Source: Lama guanicoe (taxonomy: Eukaryota). Taken from it: a stretch of DNA of 64,000 bases. A program made the translations under genes and the position numbers. Position 1 is the first letter of the stretch, and each line of letters opens with the position of its first letter. This document shows positions 25,597 to 36,320 of the stretch, piece by piece. The notes below the pieces were generated by a model, which worked only from the letters and a program-made list of their open reading frames with translations, was not told where the DNA came from and ran no database searches. The stretch is from the NCBI GenBank assembly GCA_013239625.1, contig MU053881.1, positions 15,430,373-15,494,372 of the forward strand. The letters run 5' to 3'.

Positions 25597-25617
25597 CTGT
25601 CTGCACGCGGGATGTGG
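25597..25617 (-). CDS. MAST3: MAST3 21-nt alternative microexon (SHIPRAD)
   Basis: ctcctgcag|CCACATCCCGCGTGCAGACAG|gtaatt; phase 2-2, in frame; resembles the MAST2 SHSHRAD insert. Confidence 0.75.
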
Positions 25618-25794
25618 CTGCAGGAGGCCGTGCGTGTGCCAGGGGTGGGAGTCAGAGGGAGAGACCGACACAGGGCAGAGGCCAGGGGAGGGGAAAAGGC
25701 TAATGAGGAGGCAGGTCCAGCCACCAAGCGCATGTCTTCACCTGTCCCCTTGCCCATCATGCCAACACCATCCCCAAAGGCAGGGACCACTCAC

Positions 25795-25867
25795 CTCCGG
25801 GCGAAAGGGAAGTTGACAGCAGATACAGCTGAGAAGTTCCGAGGACTATCCAGGGGGCTGCTGCCTG
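25795..25867 (-). CDS. MAST3: MAST3 exon 4 (NAGNAG acceptor, start at 25867 or 25864)
   Basis: AGSSPLDSPRNFSAVSAVNFPFAR; tctCAGCAG acceptor. Confidence 0.92.
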
Positions 25868-25946
25868 CTGAGAAGGAGGTGGGGGAAACTGAGTCAGTGG
25901 GGGTGGAGACAGGACACCTCGACTGCCCGCTTGCCCCCATGCTCAC

Positions 25947-26035
25947 CCGTTGGGACTGACAGTGGCGACAGTGGCCGGGAAAGGGTCGGTGAGGGTGTTC
26001 CTACCACCAGGCTCTTGCGGTTCCCACTGCGGCAG
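25947..26035 (-). CDS. MAST3: MAST3 exon 3 (first exon common to all isoforms)
   Basis: [29 protein letters not shown]. Confidence 0.94.
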
Positions 26036-28199
26036 CTGTTGGGGAAGGTGGGGACTAGGTCAGGCCCAGGCCTCCTGGCTCAGAGGACCATGTGCCCAAC
26101 TGGGAGCACATGTGCACCAGCATTGGGGCAGGACAGGAAGCTGGGCATGACGACTCCCTCCCTGCTCCCCAGGGAGACCCCATCCAAAGCCCTGAGCTCA
26201 GCCCAGGAACCTCTGGCCCAATTTTTCAGGCTTCTGTATTCGCAATCCCAACCTCACCACCTTGTTCACATCGTGGCCACTGCACTGGCAAATAAGGTGG
26301 AGGGTAGAGAGAACCCCGGAGCCCTTGAGGCAGACTCCCCCTCCACTCCATTCTTTGCACCTTTTCCCAGGGCCACTGCTCCAATCTCTTGGCAAAATCC
26401 CTCCTTGAGATCCCCTTAAAACGTCAATCTGACCCTTAGAAACCCCGAAGTCAGCATCTTCCACAGCTGGGTCCTGTTCTTGTTCTGCCAAACTTCTGCC
26501 CACACATTTCCCCTCCTCCAACCCAGCTCCCTCCTGGCTGCCAGACCCTTGGCCCAGGCTCTTCCCCAGCCAGTTCTCCCCACCCCCCACCTTGCCCAGG
26601 CTCTCCCACCTGTGCCCCGGCCCCAGTCCCTGCCCTGGCAGAGGGAAGTTGGGAGCGACACAGTCCCCCGCCCCCCGCATCCTCCAGCAGTCGCCCGGCA
26701 ACAGCTCTGCTTGTTAGACAAGTGCATCAGCCCACACACCCCGAGCCACCAACGCAGCCCAGCCTTGGCGGGAGAGAACTGCGCAGAGGCGGAAAGATGA
26801 ACCCTCGAGGCCTCACAGGGCCAGGACTGGTGTCCCAGGCAGAAGGCACAACGCAGGCCAAGGGGAGAACGGTTCAGTAACCAACTCAGGAGACAAGACG
26901 TGCAGGAGGAGGGGGTTCAGCCTTTCCACGGCTCCATGTGCAGCTGCCCTCTCTGAGCCTCGGTTTTCCCATCTGTACACTACAAGGCACTCGGAAGATT
27001 TGACAAAATCCATACGCAGTGCTCAGGCTTGGGCCTGGGCAAATTATGGCGGGTATATATGCTGTCATCTTTCTCCCGACCATGCTCACAGGGCCTTGTG
27101 CCCTATGGAAGAGCAGGCAATGCCTCTCTGGCAAATTAAATCATCTACATTTGCCAATACCAATGAGCCCGGAAGAGGAGGAGACCAGCTGCACCCATTT
27201 CCTAGCCTGGGAAACTGAGGCCACAGATGTCAACAGCCACAGAGATGGCCCTCTAGTCTGAGGTGCAGAAGCAAAAGCGAAACCCACAGATTCCTGCAAA
27301 ACTTCCTGTCAACACCCCCAACACACACAGACAACACACGCCCAACAGCCCATATCCTCTTCCAGACCCTCACCTGGTTCATCACCCCCATGCTGCACCC
27401 TGCTGCATCACTTTCCACTTCCAAAGGCATTTAGGAAAAACACTTGGCCATCTCTCTCTTGTTCTCAGGCAGGGCCTTCTTGAAAACAGCCAAGTTTGAG
27501 GTCTCAAAGGGGAACAGGGCATCAACTGTTCACTTCCTGAACATCTACTGAGCAACAACTATTTGCTCAGCTCTCCCTCGAGAAGGCCCAGGACTCTGAG
27601 AAGCTGTTTAGTTTTTCAATACAACTGCGTAGTACAACAGAGTGATAATTATGTCAGAAAAGAGGGGCCTGAGGCCAGTTTGCTGCACCTGACCCCCGAG
27701 GTGTCCATGAGCCTTCTGTGGCTCCCCAGGATCTGGGAGAAGAGTCTAGGCATTCAAGGTCCTTCGGCAGCTGGTCCCACCACCCAGTCTTTGCCTGTGC
27801 TCCTCTCTGGTGTTCCACTCCCCACAACCAAGCACCGATGAGACAACCAAGCACAGAGAAGTTAAGGAACTGTCTGAGATCACACAGCCTGGCAGTGGCT
27901 GAGTTGGAATTTGAACTCAGGTCTAGTAGAGCCCACAGTCCTCTTTTAGTGTCTCTGCTTTTCAGAAGGCGAAACTGAGATTCCACTTTGCTCTGGGTGG
28001 AACACCATGATTTTTCCCCCTGACACCCGACATACACACCAGCCTCCAGCAGCAAATATTTGTTTCTGAACCAGCGTTTCCGCTGACTGAGCCCCACGGG
28101 CTGAACAGCCTCAGTTTTTCCAAGAAGCTCCTCCCCAGGTCTGTCCAGAGGACAGACCCACGTTCGAATCCTGGTTCAGTCCCAACTCCCTGCTGCCTC

Positions 28200-29100
28200 T
28201 GTCACCATCCGAGCTGCGACCCCGGCGGACAGACACCCCAGTCCGGGTGTAACGAAGAGTGGAAGGAAGCTGCCTGGGACCCCAGAGGATACCTGGATAC
28301 CAAAGCATCCTCCCACTTCCTCCTACCGCCGCGCACAGTGGCTCTCGCCACGCTGCCGAGGCGCACTTCTGGCAACTCGTGTCTTGTTTGATCGGCCGCC
28401 GCGCCTTTGCCCGCGCGGAGCCCCCTACCTCTTGGAGCGCTGCAGCAGCGCGCCCTTGGCCAGGCGGCTCCGGTGGCCAGGAGCTGCCACCGCCGTCCAG
28501 TAGCTGGGGTCGGACATGCTGCTTCTCTTTGTGCCGCCGCCGCCGCCAGAGGCCCGAGAGGCGCGGGGGCGCAACCAGCGGCGGCGGGGCGCGAACCTTC
28601 ACGGTGGGATCACCACGGTGGGAGGCTCGCGGTGAGGGGCGGAGGAGATGGTGCGCGCCGTGGTGCTAGGGGTAGGGGGTCGAGGAGGAAGCGCGCGCCT
28701 GGGATCGAGGCCGGGAACCCGGCTCAGGGCAGAGCGGGGGCGGGGCCTGGCCTGGCAGGGAGGGGCGAGCGACGCGGAAGCAAGGCCGGCGGACCCGCGT
28801 GCTGGCGAGTGGGCGAGGCGTTGCCATAGCCGCGGGCGGAGAGGCGGGACGTTGCCAAGGCCGCGGGCGGAGGGGCGGCGCGTTGCCAGGATTGCGGGCG
28901 GCGGGGGCGGGGCGTTGGCGGCACTTTGATGTTGGGTCCTGGAACTTGGCTCTCTTTCCTCAAAATGTAAATCCGATCACGCCCCCTGTGCCCCTTCGGT
29001 GCGAACCCCTTCTGAGTGCGGCACTCAAGACCCATCCAGCGGTCTGGCCCCGCTCATGCTACCGTGCGCCCACGCCGGCTCCACTCCTTGGAATGCCTTT
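28200..29100. promoter_or_regulatory. CpG island, internal MAST3 promoter C
   Basis: CpG-dense; GC boxes; three GTTGCCA RFX half-sites. Confidence 0.75.
28429..28517 (-). CDS. MAST3: MAST3 alternative first coding exon C (MSDPSYWTAVAAPGHRSRLAKGALLQRSKS)
   Basis: ATG in a CpG island; AG|GTAGGG donor; phase 2 joins exon 3 in frame; similar to the MAST1 N-terminus MSDSLWT...RTKSCR. Confidence 0.82.
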
Positions 29101-32100
29101 CCTGCCTGGCAAAATTCAGTGTCCCCTCCTCCAAGAAGACTTCTCTTGGATCTATCCAGCTCTGTCTTCCCCCGGCTTGGATCCTTGGGGTCCCAGCATC
29201 TTCCAACACTGGACTGGCACAGAGGGTGTTTTTAACAAACTGAGTCAGGGCACCTGGTAAGCTCTGTGCGATGGGGAAAGGCCATCAGCCTGGCCACTAT
29301 CAGGAATCAGATGCTTCATTTAACTTCTGAAGCCCCAGTATTCTCAACTGTAAAATGGGAGGAAAACGGGGCTGTTACAGTCCCTCACTAGCCTCCTTCA
29401 CCTGAACTCCTGCCCAAGAAGTGGATGATGACTACACAATTAAGTTGTAAGGCTATGACTCCAAGAGTGCCTGGTAAACGTTGGATAAACGTTAGCATTA
29501 GACAAACTTTCAGGCTTCTGTTCCCCATCTACCCATGTCCCCTTGTGAAAATGGAATAAAATCAGAGGCACAGAAAGTGCCTGGTACAGAGCTGGGGGTA
29601 CCGTTCATCTTCACTATGGAAGGAGGAATGTCTCATGCAGTAGACAGTGAATTAGTGCTTCCTCCTTTCATGACAGCCCGGGGAAGTCAGGGACAGTGTC
29701 ACCCTGAGGGTGGACCCTTCACAGGCCACATGGCACTTTGGGAACTGACTGGTCCAGGATTGACCTGGAGCCCAGACTCCACACCTGAAAAGAGATAACC
29801 GAGACATGTAGGGGTGCTGCTGCACAAGTAACGCTAACTTCACCCATCCATCTTGCCACTGATTTTGCTTCTCAAGTTTCTCTCAGACTCCCCACCCTGC
29901 TCCTTCCAAGCCCAGTGTCCCACTCAGATGCCCCCCACCTGCCGTGGCCTAGATACCTACTGAGTGTCTCCCCAGGCCTGCTCTCCAGGTCCCCCAGACT
30001 GGGGCTCAAACACTCATGTCTGGCCATTCATTCACTCAACAAACATTGATTGAGCATTTACTGTGTGCCTGCTCTCGTATGGAACCCTGGGGAGGCAGGC
30101 CACAAATAATCCCTGCTCTCAGGGGTCCCCAGTCTGGCAGGGGAGGCAGAGAGTAAATAGGAAACAAACAAACAGGTTAATTTCAAACACTGAAGCTGAT
30201 GAAGGAAAAGAACCTCCCCTGCTCACCAGCAAAGGACAACTTTAGCCAGGAGGATACTGCAGCCAGCTGAGGAACTGAGAAGGAAGAGGAGCCATGGAGA
30301 TAGAGAGTCCCGGGCCAGTGAGCATAGCTCATGCAAAGGCCCTTAGGGAGGAATGAGGGGAAAATGCCAGCAAGATGGACCATGTGGGCCTTATGGGCTG
30401 GAGGGAGGAGTGCAGTTTTACTGTAGGAGCAATAGGGAACCATGGAGGATGTGTGAGCAGGGGAAGGGTGTGATCTGGACTATGTTTGTAAAACACCCCC
30501 TGACGTCTGCCATGGGAAACAAGAGCTGTTGGGGCAGGAATAGAGGTGACAGGAGGCTAGTGAGGGGCTGTCCCAGGGTCTAAGAGGGGGATACTGAGTC
30601 CTGGACCAGCGTGCAGCTGCAGAGTAAAGTAGGTGAATTCTGGGCTTATTCTGAGGCCAAAGGACAGACCCTGTTTCAGGATCAGATGTGGTCCTCAGAT
30701 GTTCAGCGTGGGAGGAATTTGAAGTCCCATAGGTCTGGGGACCCAAATGGGGATGAAGTCATGGTCTCGTGTCACCATATGCTGACATGCTGTGCCCACA
30801 AGCTCCCCCCAAATGTGGGCCAGAGACACTTCTGCACACAGTCAAGGAGCTGCCCCTCATCCCCAGCCTGCACCGCCTACAGGCCCCACATTACGCCCAC
30901 TGCACTGGCATCCCCAGCAGCTGCTTCTCCCATGTCCATCTGGCCTTAGTTTCCTCCTCTGCAGAACAGGGCTACAGCTGGCAATCCAAGAGGCCTGTGG
31001 CCATGGCAAAGACCTCCCATGAGAGACTGGCTGAACCACTGACCTTTGGTGCCAGCCCACTGCCCACCAGATCATGCCCCGCCCCTGCTCACACACCCTC
31101 CATGGCTCCTCATTTTCCAGCAAGATCCTACTCCTCGGTGAACCTCTTTCCCAGAGCTGAGATCCTAACTCCGTCTGTGCCTTGGACTTTGCCTCTATCT
31201 TCTTGAGCTGTGTAAACTGTGTAAATAGCAAAGCCCCAAGTGGACATACAGACCCTCACCCCCGAACCCAGCTTGGTCTGACCACCCCAGCCCTTCCTAC
31301 CTGTCATGAGCTGTCCCCGTCCCTCCAAGCCCTGTACCTTGTGTAGCTTTCAGTAGCATGAGTAGAAAAATCCAAATTCTTCCTGTCCTTGGCGTCCAAG
31401 GCCCCAGAGGGAACACTCCTCTGACAATGCTGTTCCTGCCTAGAATAGCCTCTTTGTTGCCTCCTTGTCCATCTGGGCCCAACTCATAACCTCTTCAACC
31501 TCTTCCCTGCTACCACCACAGGGAGAGCCCAGCTGCTTCCCATTTGTCTTTGCCACAAGCATTAACTGAGCACCTGCTGTATACCAGGCTCTGCCTGAGG
31601 ATCTAGGATGACCAGGACAGATCCAAGTCAGGCCATCAAAGGGCTCCCAAACCTCTGGTGGAAAAAAACCCCCTATAATCACATAAGAAAACATGGACAT
31701 CACACTCATGAGGTGGTTGGGATGAGGGAAACGGATACGTATAATGGATGGAACTAGGGCTTGGGGGCCCTTAAGGTGGGGCAGGGGCAGGGAAGGTTGG
31801 TCAGGAAAAGCTTCCTATCTGGTGGCTTGGAGACTTGACAAATGAATAAAGGAGTAAATGGAGAAAATGGAGCTCTAGGCAGAAGGGCCAGCAAGTGCAA
31901 AGGCCCTATGGCTGGACCAGCTTATATTTTAACAGTCCAAGAAGCCACATGGCTAGAGTTGGGTGAGCATTGGAGAGGTAGATGGGGAGGAGGTGGGGGT
32001 GGGAGTCACAGGGGCTGGACTCACAGGTCCTTAGAGGCTGAGGGGACAAATGACAGTTTAATTCTAAGGTGCTTTGAGCAGGGAAGGCAGGGACCCATCT

Positions 32101-33329
32101 CCTTGCCTGGCCCAAGGCAATGTGGTTCTGCTGCCCCCTGGTGGCATGTAAGGGAGCCAGCCGACTGAGCTAGAGCTTCAAACTCACCTCCCATTTCCTC
32201 CTGGTAAAACTGGCTTATCTGCTCTCAATAGGCCCCTCCCCTCATCCCATCCTCACCTGGGGTTGAGGCCAGGGACTCAGAGTCAGATCTGGACTGACGC
32301 TTCTCCCAGGGTGCCCCTGGACAACATACTCTGAGGTTCTATGCCATAGTTTTCTCCTCTGCTAAATGCGGATGACAGCAGTCTCTGCTTCCCACTGGAT
32401 GCCCCAGCCTGGTCCAGGGTCCACCATCTCCTACCCAGATGTTTTCCTAACCACCTCCCTGCCTCTGCCACCTCTATTCCTGTCCCCCGTCCCCAGGAGA
32501 TCTTTCTTCCCCCAAGGCAGCCACAGAGGCTTTAAAAACCTCGGTCCTGCCTCAGGACCTTTGCATGTGCAATTTCTGCTGCTTGGTGCCTCTCTTTCCT
32601 AGCTCAGCCCAGGCCTTGGCTCACGCACTACATTAATGAGGTCCCTGTCTGAATGTATCTCATTTGTCTGTTTACTTGTCCATTGCCTACTTCATGAAAG
32701 TATACTGAGAGCCTCCTGAGGGAGGGCCTATGTTCTTGTTCACAGCTGTGACCTTAGCACCGGGCACACAATAAATGCCTACTTAATGAAGTTATCTGCC
32801 TTTTGCCCAGCAGCCAGTGGGGGCTTCAAATCGTTCTCTCTTCTCCCCATTAAAGGCCTGTGGGAAGAGTCTGAGCAGCTCATTTATACTAAGGTGTAAA
32901 TGGCTGATGGGCCATCAAATTCTAGACATCACTGACCTGTATATCTGTCTCTTCCTTGAACTTCTGCCTGAGCTGTGTGAGGGGCCCACTATAACCCTGA
33001 TATTCCCTCCATACAGGGACAAGACCCTGAGATCTGCCAGTCACAGAGGGTGGCTCAAACCCTCAACAGACTCTGATCACAAAGCTGGCCCTGACACTTG
33101 GCCCCTAGACATACTGAACCAGAAGAACTAGTGTCTCCTCTCTGAGCCTCAGTTTCCTCCGTGGGGAAAAGGGGGTCAGGAAGGGTGCTTCTCTCCCAGG
33201 GATGCAGAGGGGACAGAAGGCACTGGGGACAGAGCTGGCACTCAGTCAAGTTGGTCCTTTTTCTCTACACCACTTTGCCTGGTTAAGTTCAGTGCATGGG
33301 GCTCTAATGGTGAATTCTCAGTCTTGGGT

Positions 33330-33331
<2 letters not shown>

Positions 33332-33364
<33 letters not shown>

Positions 33365-33372
33365 GTGTGTGT
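33332..33372. repeat. (GT)n microsatellite
   Basis: Directly visible. Confidence 0.95.
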
Positions 33373-33749
33373 ACATTCAGAGGGAGGAGCTTTCCGGCCA
33401 GCTGACCTGGTTCAGAGCCCAAGCAGCCAGGCCAATTCAGCAGGGTTCTGAGAAGGCTGGGAATCCAGCACCTGTCTCGAGGAAGTCCTTGGGCAACAGC
33501 TCAAGTTCTGGCCTCACCCTGGCCATCTGTCAGAAGGGAGACCTGCTGGCTATGTCTGAATATGGAATTTTCCCATTGTGGTTCTAGTGTGGATCACAGT
33601 GCCATTTTATGGAGGGGTAAACTGAGGCCCAAAGTGGTTATGTCACCAACCCACAGTACCTTGTGGAGGGGGCTGGGTCTGGGTGGCTTCCAAGTCTCTG
33701 GGGGTGCCAGGGCAATGTCCGTGCCCCGCCCCCACGCGCTGTCACTTAC

Positions 33750-33839
33750 CTCCAGGGGTGCAGGCCCAGCGAAGGGCTGCAGGGGCTGCAGGGGCTGCTG
33801 GGGCTCAGCAAGGACGGGCTCTGGCTGCTTGGAGACAGA
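33750..33839 (-). CDS. MAST3: MAST3 90-nt alternative exon (LSPSSQSPSLLSPSSPCSPCSPSLGLHPWS)
   Basis: tttctttgcag acceptor, GAG|GTAAGT donor, symmetric phase 2-2. Confidence 0.85.
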
Positions 33840-33949
33840 CTGCAAAGAAAGAGGCCAGGGACGGTGAACCTGGCAGCGGCCCCTGAGTGTGGCCGAAGAA
33901 TCTGGAGACGGGACCAAGGCTGTGGTTTCCTCGGAGAAGGGGCCCAAGG

Positions 33950-34750
33950 CTGGGGATTCTGGGTCTCGCGCAGGCCGCGAGGGCGGGGCCAAATCGATGA
34001 CCCGGGAGGACTCCCCGGAGGCGGCGGTGCGACTCGGGGTGACTTGAACGGAGACAGGGAAGAAGGGTGGTTGTCAGCCTGCCCCTCTTCCCCCTCCCCA
34101 ACTCTCCCCTTCCCGGGCCAAGCACTCACTCGAGGGTCAGCGCCGGGATGTGCAGCTTGTCCCTGCGGGACTTCATGCCGAGGTCGGGGCCGCGTTTAAG
34201 CAACGAGGTACCGATGCCCCCTTCGTGGCCCCCAAACCCTGATTGTGGCGCAAGCAGACGGACAGACAGACGCGGACGCCAGGACCGCACGCCTGGCAGG
34301 CGCGGCAGGCGCGGAGAGGGGGTTGGGCCGCCGAGGGCACGGGGGGCGGACTCTCCCCGCCTCGAGGCGGGGCTCGGAGTCCCGCACCTGCGCGCAAGCC
34401 CAGCCCGGCAAGAAAGGTCGGGTTACCCGGGACGCAAGTCGTGGGTGTTAACCCCTCCCAGGGAGGGACGCCCTATGTGCCGCGTCTCGAGTCCTCAAGC
34501 CTTCCGAGAGGAAGGGCGGTCACTACCTTCTATGCCGGCTTTATTGCTCCATCGACGGGCCCCGCCCCCTCCCGGCCTGGCCGGGCCTCCGCCCTAGCCC
34601 CACCCCCGGGGGGGTCTCTCGGACCCCGGAACTGAGCGCACCCCGGCCCTATCTACCCACCCGCAGCCGCTCAGCTTTGCGTTCCCCGCCGCCCGTGATG
34701 GGTATCAGCATCTCGGCGCACACCAGGGGTCCCGACCACGCCTCCAGGCC
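33950..34750. promoter_or_regulatory. CpG island, internal MAST3 promoter B
   Basis: CpG-dense; GC boxes; TGCGCGCA (NRF1-like) near 34389. Confidence 0.72.
34130..34176 (-). CDS. MAST3: MAST3 alternative first coding exon B (MKSRRDKLHIPALTLD)
   Basis: GGCATG in a CpG island; GA|GTGAGT donor; phase 2. Confidence 0.82.
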
Positions 34751-36288
34751 TTTGCTTCCCTGGGTTCCTTTACTAGGAGCCTCGTGCCCCTCATTCATAT
34801 CTGACTTCAGACCCACCAGTCCTCCTCCGCGAAGCGGTCCCTATACATCGACCTCTGGAGCCCCAACCCCCATCCTCCTTGCTCAGTCCAGGTCCCCAAG
34901 GTTTGGGGTTGTCTGTGTCTGTCCACGGCCTCTTTTAAATCCTGGTTGGATCCAGTCAGGCACACCGCCAGTGGCAAAGAGTAGGCAACCCTTAGGAGTC
35001 TTTGTCCTGGTCCTACTCTGTGGCCTGGGACTTTGCCCTCCATATTTCTGACTGATTGACCGTCCACCATTCCGCCCCCAACCTGGGCAAAGGCTGGGGA
35101 CAGTGCCTGCCTTCCCGGCAATGTTCAAACCCGGCCCCTACTGGGGCCCTCAAGCTGCACTACCCCCAGCCCTACAAGAGGAGATGGTCTGGGCGTGGGG
35201 ACCATTCTGACCCCATCCCCACCATAAGATTTCAAACTCTCATCCAACCCCCAGGACCTCCTCCTCCTCCTCTCCCTCCACATCCCCTATGTTCACTTTA
35301 CCCCAGCGACTCCCATCTCCATGCTGTTCTTCCAATGCCAAGCTGGTTTATACCTCAGGACTTTTGCCCATGCTGTTCTCTCTGCCTGGAATGCTGTTCC
35401 CCCTAGACTTTCCCCCTGGCCTCTTCTTTCTCTTTCACATCTAGGCTTAAATGTCACCTCTTCTAAGAGGCCCCATATCTTCATGGTAAAGCCACCTCCC
35501 AGCCCTCTCTGTCTCTCTCTGTTTAATTTCTCCCCTGTGTAACATCACAACACCATCTCTCTCCCCAGGAGAGTGAGAGCACTGCGGGCAGGGTCCAGCA
35601 TTGATTTGTCTCCATGTCCCCTGTGCCTGGAACAGGAACCAGCACATAGTAGGCCCTCAAAAAAAGTTTGTTGAGTGAGTGATTTCACTGAGGCTCAAGG
35701 GAATTCCCACCCCCAACTCAGGCAAACGCAGCCCCCAAAGAGGGAGTGTCTGCACTCACACTCCCCCAGAACACCAGCACAGGGCAAACTCCTCCTCCTC
35801 CTAGGCTTTGGTTTCCCCATCTGTCAAGTGGCGAAGGCACTGAACGAATGTTCTTTGAGCTTTGCGGATCCAAAAATGCCAACCTTCAACAACATTAATG
35901 TGACACTGAAGGGTATGATTTTCTACTGGTGTTCCTTGAAAGAGAGTGAGCTTCCTGTCATGGGAGGCATGCAAGCTGGTTCCAGCATGCTTGGTTGGAA
36001 TTCTATAGTCTGAACTCTGGAAGTTACCCTTCCAGGTTGGATGCCTTTGAGCCAGTGATGCAACTCTTTTGCACTTCAGTTTCCTCATTTGCAAACTGGT
36101 ATGGTTTATACTTCACCTCCCAGCCAGTGGTGCACATGTAAAGTACTTTGCAAACACTGGGGGCAGAATCAAGGTGAGAAGCTTTGTAGTCATCATTAAA
36201 TAAATTCAGAATTTGGAGGCTGCTGCTGAAATTTCTATGCCCAGAATCATAAGGCCCCACCCAGCCCACTGGCCCCAGGTGAACTCAC

Positions 36289-36320
36289 CCACGTCCCCGG
36301 CGCGGTAGGCTCAGCTCCTT
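36289..36320 (-). CDS. MAST3: MAST3 exon 2 (32 nt, KELSLPRRGRG)
   Basis: tttcttctcatttcag|AAGGAGCTGAGCCTACCGCGCCGGGGACGTGG|gtgagt. Confidence 0.9.

Noticed and set aside
33663..34635. Long plus-strand ORFs (130-178 aa)
   Set aside because: CpG-island artefacts opposite the MAST3 alternative exons
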